A DNA stretch of 57,711 bases, counting the filler, from Jimgerdemannia flammicorona (lineage: Eukaryota): the NCBI GenBank assembly GCA_003990765.1. It is 2 parts of 2 records of this genome, joined end to end, with 100 filler letters (N's around TTAATTAATTAA, not from the genome) between each part and the next. Parts side by side here need not be neighbours in the genome. Positions count along the whole stretch, not along the records: positions 28,914 to 57,711 come from RBNJ01000541.1; 1 more part is not named here. One strand, 5' to 3'. Shown in pieces: positions 49,224-57,711 of the stretch. Made by a program: the position numbers and the translations under genes. The notes under the pieces were generated by a model, which did no database searches, was not told the DNA's origin, and saw nothing but the letters and a program-made list of their open reading frames with translations. How positions within the stretch are numbered: position 1 is the stretch's first letter; every line of letters begins with the position of its first letter.

Positions 49224-50541
49224 CCAGTGTAAAAAAAAAAAAAAAAAAAAAAAAGAAAAAAAAAATCCGTCTTTGGGTTTGTCAAAACAGGTATTTAAAG
49301 ATAATGATTATGTGTTCTGAGTTTAGGATCTCACTAGCTTCTAACTTTTGACAATTGCAAAATTTATATAGGGCTCTTTTGTATTTTCTATGCCATGACA
49401 CTTTCTCTGTTTTGAAGCACCCTCACCACATATCTATGGTCTACTGTCAATGATATATTTGCATACTGATGTCAAAAAAGGTGCAGGAGTAGGCATTGTT
49501 TTCACACACCAACTCTGTAGGTTGATGCTGCTGAACCATTTCCTATATGTACACACATACGGATTCAGGATCTACTGCCAGGATAGGTCAGGTATAAATG
49601 TATTTGTGTTTTAGATAGATTAAGTTGATTTAACTGAAGATATAAAAGGTATGATATCAAATATAAGAATATTTCATACGTAGCTAGGATTCTGTTGTTA
49701 TATATATAATATCTAACATTAATGAGGTGGGCTTCTTCACCTGCCTCATATTTGCTCCTTTTCTCCCCCATTTTCAGGTTTCGCCAGAAAGGATCTGTGT
49801 GTGTGTACATCAGTTAGGAAAAGGCCGCAGCATTGGCATATCAGGTGGGCTGTGTGATGACAAAGCTTGCAAGAGCACCGGCATCAGTGTGTGTTGAGAC
49901 ATAGTGTAGTTCATAGATTTTGTAGGAGAGGGTGCTTATAGGCAGAGAAGTGTTGTGAGCATGTGAAATATGATAAAATGCCAAAATGACAAACCTGTAT
50001 ATATTTCATAGGATTTAAAGTACGTCAATGGTTCAGGGGCAATAAAGTATTCAGCCTTTGTTTTTATAAAGGAGCAGGTCGCGGGCAGAAATGGCTAAGT
50101 GTAAAAGACTGCCCTACAAGGGGTAACCAGGTGTAAATAATTAGGGGCTCAATTGAGTATTGCACAATCATTCAATATCGTTTGGTATTGTTGTTCCGTC
50201 TGATGTGATCCGCGAGTTGACCAACTAACGGATTTCTTGTGATGATTCGCTTTCGGCGTTCAGCCGATAACAGCATTCACGAAAGTGCGGTCTCTGAGGG
50301 CATGCAGCACACACATAATTCGTATGCCCTCATAGACCACGATTTCGGATTTGCTGCAATTCGAATTTCTGAAATTATGCATTCGAAAGCCGCGATTTCA
50401 TTTGTGCTGTAATTACTTCAAAGGACCGAATTTCCGAAATTATGCATTTGACGGCCTCGATTTCGTATGTGTTGATGTCAAATCACAAAACCGCAACTGG
50501 TACCATATCACACATTTGCTTAAATACATTCAAATACATGA

Positions 50542-51723
50542 TGTAACGTGCCGGCTCAATAGAGGCAAAATTACAGGGTTGGGGGTTTGTGTAGTTTGGC
50601 TTGAGCCCCCAGTTACTTTGTCAAAAGCAACAAAAAATGTTCTATAATTCCTGATGTTGGTGTTTAGCGGTATAATGGTCAAATCTGGATACAGCAGTCG
50701 ATTCTGGCGGATTTCCTAACCGGGACGGTTCTTGAGTGTAGCGGCGATTTGTGTGTAGCGCGAGCGGTTTCCTTATGTATGCGATTTCTGCGTGATGATC
50801 TTGTTCGTTACGCGGACGATTTGGCGGACTTCCTTATTAGGCGGCAGATTACTGGACGATGCGGATTACTTGAAAACGGCGGATGACGCGGTTTGGCGGA
50901 GAACGCGGATTCTTCCTGAATCGGCGGATTTCTTGGATAATAACTCGGATGGCGCGGATTCTCCTGAATCGGCGGATTCTCCTGAATCGGCGGACTTCTT
51001 GAATAATAACTCGGATTCTCTTCTTGACTGACAAAGTTACATCAAAGACTGCTTCGTTTGCGTGAGGCTATGTTGAGGGACTGGCATCACTGCAAAGGTG
51101 CATCTTATTCTAGACTGGCTTTTTAAGGCAGGTTTCTTGGGCAAAGTTACATCAAAGACTGGCTTCATTTGTGCGAATGTGAGTTCACTGTGAAGTTACA
51201 TCAAATAGACTGACTTTGTGTTGGGAATGCAGGCGGAATTCTTGAAAATGGCAGCTCTTCCTTAAGTGGCAGGTTTCTTTCAAATGGCAGAGTTCTTCAC
51301 TCGAACTTGGCGGATTTCTCAGGCTTTGTATCAAAAAGTGAACTGGAGTAAAAAAGGAAGCTCTCTGCTTTTCTTTGACTTTTTGGACTGAGGTTTATTC
51401 ACTCTTGTCTCTGGGGTATTTTATACAAGGTGGTTGCTACCTGGTTGCTATGTGGCTAACTATAGAATGGCTAAATATGGTGTGTGACTTCCTTTGTACC
51501 CTCAGGGTACAGTATCTTCAGGGTACAGTACCTTCAGGTACAGTACCTCAGGGTACAGACCTTCAGGGTACAGTACCTTCAGGGTACAGTACAATCGGGG
51601 TACAGTTGTTCTCAATCTGGCTATTTGTGCCATTTATGTGATTTCTGCAGCAACTGGGTAACTATGTGGATAACTATGGTGTACTAAGTATTCATGTCAT
51701 CTGGTTGTACTATGTTGTTCACA
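50542..51723 (-). mobile_element. Solo LTR related to family B
   Basis: Starts TGTAACGTGCCGGCTCAATAGAGGC, with the TATA/AATAAA core at 51385-51465 and ~17-bp CAGGGTACAGTACCTT repeats at 51500-51605. The right end and TSD are not resolved. Confidence 0.85.
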
Positions 51724-52799
51724 TATTGTAATGTATACAAAAGATTTATTATAGTAGAGATATAGTTTTATAATATGATATAGCCTTATAAAGTTTTAAC
51801 TATTAGTGCTTGGCGATACCAAGACATCTTATTTACATTCATTTGATCATCAAATTGCACGTTATGTTTGTTTGTTCCATCCAGTTTACATTCTCTCATT
51901 CATTCAGTCTAGATATGAAGTATCTTCTTTAATTTTTTTTGCTTTTGCAACTAATTAAAACCTCTTTCAAATTATTTTATGCACTCTCGATTCTTCTTTC
52001 CATAGAAGAAGCAAACCCCGTAGGAATCCTGCCACAAAAATAGACTGAAATGTAATTCCAACTTATACGAAAACGATGGGCCATGCTGTTGTTTAGCTGC
52101 AGTGCATCCACAAGCCGCCCAGGTAAAGGAGAAGCCTGGATAATGGCAAGAAGATGACGGAGTTGTCAAGGAGCTGCAGCTAGAGGCCTGGCCCCTTATA
52201 AAGCCAAATAACTCTGTTGAGATGATTATGTTCCAGTTCAGCCACTATCTACACATCAATGGGCGTACAAAATGCATGACAACCCCTTTATTCTAGATAA
52301 GATGCATACTGCCTTACTTTGAAGGCCTACCCCTTATTTGCGGACTGCCCTGTAGAGCTCCATGACAACATTACAATTTAAACCATGGCCGAAATAATGT
52401 GAGGTCGAGGAGATTATATGAGGTCGAAGAGATTAAAACCATGTAAATAAATGCATAAAAGAACACTCGAAATCGTAGGGACATTAAGGCACAAGTTTTC
52501 AGGGATTTCCTAGCCGACGAGACTCAAAATCATGGTAACATTATTGATTCTCCCGTAAGAAATCACGTCGCTTTGGCTTGTGCAGCGGTGCAGGATTTAA
52601 GTTACCGAACCTTCCGAGCGCCATAACTCGTTGCAGCGACCAATCAGGTTTAAAAGGAGTAGAACATTTCTGCATAAATTTTTCAGACTCCCGCCAATAA
52701 TATGAGGCAACGGTCGTTGTAATGACTTGGATGACGTAATGCATGTGAAGTGATGGAGATCATGCGGGGTGCCATACAACACGCATAGAATGCGTACGC

Positions 52800-53140
52800 C
52801 CCCGTTTAAATCTTCCTTCCGCCCCCGCAAAGCCGTCCCGTCCCACCCGCAAAGGTATGAAATACATCAAACAATCATTGCCCGCTGCAAACCTATGAAA
52901 TCCTTCTATATTCCTCGCCCCCATAAAACGTAGGAAATCTTTATACATTTTTTGCCCCTCGCAAACATATGAAATCCTTCTATATTCTTCGCCCCCACAA
53001 AGGTACGAAATCCTTCTACAGTCTTTGCCCTCAGCAACCATAAGAAATTCTCCTACATTCTTCGCCCGCAAATCCCCTCTACATTCATCGGCCCCTGCAA
53101 ACGTATAAAATTCTTCGTCTCTCGCAAAGGTATGAAAGTT
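52800..53140. repeat. Degenerate ~36-37-bp tandem repeat (CCCGCAAAGGTATGAAATCCTTCTATATTCTTCGCC)
   Basis: About 8-9 diverged copies are visible. Confidence 0.75.
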
Positions 53141-53183
53141 AACCCTTCGAACTCGAATACTCAAACTCTTCCCTCTGTCGAAC

Positions 53184-53349
53184 GCCTCTCCGCCTAACTC
53201 TCCCGGCTAAGCCTCTCCGCCTAACTCTCCCGGCTAAGCCTCTCCGCCTAACTCTCCCGGCTAAGCCTCTCCGCCTAACTCTCCCGGCTAAGCCTCCCCG
53301 CCTAACTCTCCCGGCTAAGCCTCTCCGCCTAACTCTCCCGGCTAAGCCT
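53184..53349. repeat. Near-perfect 27-bp minisatellite x6 (GCCTCTCCGCCTAACTCTCCCGGCTAA)
   Basis: Six head-to-tail copies, with one substitution in copy 5. Confidence 0.97.
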
Positions 53350-53559
53350 GGCCCTGGCTAACTCGATCGTCAAGGCTCGTCAAGCTTCCCCAACCTTTGC
53401 CTCATTCGCAACTCGATGATGCTCACCCAGCTAAAGGTCAGCTATTGCGAAGGCCTTTCCACCGCTTACTCTGCATTCTAGAGTACACACTGTGCTCTGC
53501 ATCTATTCTTGCAACGGCAACTCAAAGTCAGTTTTCCAATGCATGTCGCCGAAAGTGTA

Positions 53560-54130
53560 TCTACCATCTTCTATCGTCCCGTCGTTTATCATCCGTCATG
53601 TTCATCATCCAACGTCCATCCAGGCAATCCGTCATCGCATCCGCCTTCCATCGTCCATCCCTCGTATCCATCTGTCCGACATCTATTTCGGTCAGTTTTC
53701 TAGTTTCCGATAGATATACAAATGGACGGGTGTCGCGTTTTGAGAGTACCAGCTTGGTCGAGTTTCGGCTTCAGTTGTGTTATCGTCTATCATTTTTTGT
53801 TGTCCCGTTGTTCATCGTCCGTCATTTCCTTCCTTCAATGTTCATCCAGGCAGTCCGACATCTCTCCAGGTCAGTTTGGAAGTTTCTGCTCGATTATAGG
53901 CGGAGGGGTGTGTGGCGCTTTGAGAGTGCACGTATCGTCGAATTTCGCTTCAGTTGTGTAGTCGTCTACTATCGCTTATTATTCTGTCGTTGATCATTCG
54001 TCAAGTCCATCCAGACAGTTCGGTATCGTCTATCGCCCGTATCTATACATCCAACGTTATCTTCATCAACGCTGGCAATCCAAGGTCAGTTGGGTTTTGC
54101 TTTTTGTGGATAAAATGTTTCGGTGGAGGG
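53560..54130. repeat. Diverged ~180-215-bp tandem repeat, about 3 copies
   Basis: GGTCAGTT anchors lie at ~53690, 53869 and 54084, and CATCCAG.CA.T and TTTGAGAGT...GCTTCAGTTGTGT blocks are shared. Confidence 0.7.
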
Positions 54131-56014
54131 AATTATAAGTAGCGTGAATCTGGTGCTAGATTCCTCATTTTAACTGGCGCTGGTTACCTCATCATCTTCT
54201 GCTCACCCCCCCCCCCCCCTTAGTTACGAAATCTAACCCTTCAAACTCTCACCTTTCGAAAACCCACCCTTTATAACAATTTCCCCGACCAGCGCTCCCA
54301 TCGAATTCTTGCCACCAGCAACCTCGCTCGACAAGATTCCCCGCCCCTTGTTTGCCTCGTTCGCCGCACCCGCGAAAAGGTATGTGTACTGCAACTCTGG
54401 GGAGCCATTCTTTCCTTTCTCACATCAGGCACCAAAAACGTCCTTACACCTCCGACACATGCTCTCTCATCTAGTGTTTGAATTTTACGATATCCCAATC
54501 GGCAGGCCTCGAGAAACGATATCAAGGTGGTGTTATGCAACTACAAACTTCGAAGGTTAGTTTTTGTTGTCCTCCGTTAAACGCTCTCTCAACTTCAAAC
54601 TCATATAAAGGTGAACAAACTGATGGCACATCTTCCCATTAATTTAAAATCAAAGCTACGACGTAATAGCGGTGGCGACGACCATATGACGAAACGACCA
54701 CAAGACGGCGATGACCATAAAAACGACGGCGATCACAAGATGACGACGACCACAATACGGCGACAAGAGCTCTACCAGCCCGTGTTCCACCCAGTTGCAA
54801 GACGTGACGCCCTGTGCGGTTGTCTGGAGCGGCGACCCATGAAACTCAACCCCATCACCCCGCGGAAAAGGGACTGTCGGTGGTAGCCAGTAAAGGGCAT
54901 GGCGCGTGTAGCACACGAAGTATAGTTTTTTGTCATTCGGGAACTCGACAACTTTACTATCACATGAGTTTCCTATTTGAAGAATATTAGGAAAGAGATT
55001 ATGGAATTATATTCAAAGGCACGTTCATTATCGTCATATTGTCCCTCGTCGTTCCCAGCGGTGTATGACTCCTCCACTGCTCGCTATCCCACAGCGGGTC
55101 TTCAAGCGGCCATCAAGGTCATTAGCCTCGCTGTGACAAGTTGTCGCGCTGCTGCAATCTTCACCCATTAACCCAAAAACATGTCGCCCTTAACCCTTAA
55201 CCAGCGGATAATCGTTCCCCGGCAGCTAATTACCCCCCAGAGACTGTTCGCCGCTGCCAGCGAATAATTGTCGGCCAGCGGCAATGCGTCGCCTAACTGC
55301 AATTCTCGCTCTTCGCCATTCCCAGCGAGCCAGTTGATATTCGTCGTCGTTCAGCAGTAATCCGTCGCCAACGGAGGTTTGTCGTAGGCAGTTATCTATA
55401 ATTACCCTTCCGCGGTATCGCTTCCAAGCGGTAAATCGTCGCCCAGCGGCAAGTCATTCAGGGAAGGTCAGTCCGCGATGTTTATGGTTGGAAATGAGAC
55501 CGTGATGGATGGGAAAAGAACAGGGGTTGCGATGGAGGGGAAAAAACCGGGGGTTGACATTCAGATAGGTATGGTTTTGATATAGCAAAACGGAGGTGGC
55601 CGGAATTTCGGTTTTAGGGAATGCATTTTGGTGATTAGAAATGTGATTAGGCAGCACGTTCCTCGCTCAGACACGTTATAAAGTTACTAATTCTAATTAT
55701 AGGTTTCCTTTCTTATTTTATTTTTATGACCGTGACCCCGAAATGAAAATAAGTCCTGATTAACGGCCGCCTCAGGTCCTAGACGATCCATTTCAGCGAC
55801 CTCGAAAACGTAGACGTAACCTCTTCACCATCCCGACTTCGTAAATCCTTCGCGATCATGCACCTCGACGTCTGTCAATCGAATTTATCCAGCTACGCGA
55901 GCTATACAGTATCGAACAATGAGGGGGCTCGTTCGAGCCCACAGGTCAATGGATGCATGAATGTCTTGGGCGTTTAGGTCTTTGGCGCCGTACGCCTTGT
56001 CTTTGTTTTGACGT

Positions 56015-56016
<2 letters not shown>

Positions 56017-56091
<75 letters not shown>
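56017..56091. repeat. Poly(T) tract
   Basis: Directly visible in the sequence. Confidence 0.95.
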
Positions 56092-56092
<1 letters not shown>

Positions 56093-56985
56093 GGTCTTCT
56101 TCGCTTAACGTTATCTAATTCAGCGCTCCATTACTCTTTATGCCATAACGTATATACATTCGCATTTGCTTTCATGTCCATTTGCACTGGCTTTTTCTAC
56201 CACCCTCCCTACCCACACATGTATATAAGGGGCCGGTTTTTCTACCGTATGTTTCTTTCTTTTCACCCAAATACATATTCCTTGAATCAAAAATCTTTCC
56301 CGAGGATTCTTTCTTCCCCCTTCGAATTCGTCGTACCTCTTGTCATTTATCGCAAAAGATTGAATGAGGGGGCTCGGAACTCGTCGTACCTCTTGACATT
56401 ATCGCAAAAGATTGACTTGCTCTCATCGCTTCAGAGCGACATTCGGTAGTCGGAATAAACTAGGTGTGGCAATTGAGGACGAACGTAGGGTTGAATGGGT
56501 ACCGATTCGTACTCAGGGTTGCACTCTGTGTATGCGTACCAAACGTGGACGGGAATATGAGTAGAAAAGTGAGGACGTATATCCTGTGGATGTTTGGGTT
56601 GACTTTGGGGGGGGGGTTGTCAGGGGGGGTCGGGGGGGAAATGAAGATTCGTTTTTGGGCTGTAGGCGATTTTCAGTAGGTAAATGTGATATAATAAAGA
56701 TCAATTTCTGTGGTCTATTGTAGTTATAAATCTGCTGCAGTCGAAAATCTTTACATTTTCAGAAATTTCTAAAAATCATTGAGGTTCTGGGGCAAAATTT
56801 GCAATGAAACAAGATCATTATCATTCTATTCAGGATATAAAAAATTAATACAAATGAATATATTTCATTTATACCTTTAGTGTGATTTGGAGAGATATAA
56901 TGAATTTGATCTAAGATAATTGTTTGACATAGATTACAAGGGCAAGCTACAGACAGTTCATTGCTTGCATACTAAGAGTAATAAC

Positions 56986-57446
56986 AAATAGAATATATTA
57001 CAGATGGTGGAGACAAAATAATATTTGTTTCTGCCCTCTTTTTGATCCGCTGTCCAACCCTTACTCACTTTTTTAACTGCATATGCCGACGTTGGTGCCT
57101 TTGCGAGCATCCTTACCCTGCTCCATGCCGCCATATCAATGCTGCAGTCCATCGCCTCGATACACACATATATGCAGATCCGAAATCCTATTAAATAAAG
57201 AGAATAAATAAAGAGAAGGTAATAAATGCGAGGTCGGCATATCAACCCAACCTCGCTGAGTCAGATATTATATATATACATTTTCAGTATCAATTACATA
57301 AATAGCATTTGATATCATACCTTATATTACCCAGATCGCATATATATAAAAAATAAGCAGGGTTAGATAATATATATATATTTCCATCACCAAAGTCAAT
57401 CATATAATAATATTTGATATCTTACCTTATAATATCCAGTAGCTGG

Positions 57447-57482
<36 letters not shown>

Positions 57483-57700
57483 AAAAACAAAAAACAAAAA
57501 CAAAAAATAAAGAACAAAAAACAGAAAACAAATAACAAATCCCCATCCTGTGGAATCTGCATGTATGTGTATAAGGCGATAGAGCGGCAGCAATTGACAT
57601 GACGGGATGAAGCCTGGAAAAGGATGACCGCGCCGGCACTGTTTCCATCAGCAGGCAGCTAGGTGAGAGAGTTGGGGACCTATTGTAATGGCAGAAATAT
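56986..57700 (-). repeat. Right copy of the ~680-bp inverted repeat pair, probably continuing beyond the window
   Basis: It is the reverse complement of 36886-37568 and ends in a T-run that mirrors the A-rich tract beside the left copy. Confidence 0.92.
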
Positions 57701-57711
57701 TTCTTTTTTTT

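Noticed and set aside
53184..53349. CRISPR array or telomeric repeat
   Set aside because: The units are head-to-tail with no spacers, there are no cas genes and the context is eukaryotic. CCTAAC is only part of a 27-mer at an internal position.

Overview
Eukaryotic, probably fungal, repeat-rich DNA. The host is inferred from short GT-AG introns, Ty3/Gypsy and Penelope-like elements, and CpG/CpA decay. Two contigs are joined by an artificial N-TTAATTAATTAA-N linker at 28814-28913. Positions 1-33 kb are a nest of mutated retroelements. An old minus-strand Ty3/Gypsy (A) is interrupted by a Penelope-like element with no visible endonuclease and palindromic termini (4629-9105). It is also interrupted by a full-length relative (B, 9596-19829) with 1330-bp LTRs, a GTAC target-site duplication, a tRNA-Pro-type PBS and the order gag-protease-Cys/His motifs-dUTPase-RT-RNaseH | integrase | extra ORF3. 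Three more partial Gypsy elements (C, D, E) and solo LTRs follow. Across B-E, the integrase sits in its own ORF overlapping the RNaseH stop, and a conserved non-env ORF3 starts at or beside the integrase stop. Positions 33-57.7 kb keep their CpGs. They hold a GC-rich degenerate repeat block, a ~680-bp inverted repeat pair ~19 kb apart, two solo LTRs, an apparently intact 5-exon orphan membrane-protein gene, a ~147-bp-monomer satellite with trimeric higher-order structure, and several smaller tandem repeats. All alignments and translations were done by eye, with no database searches.
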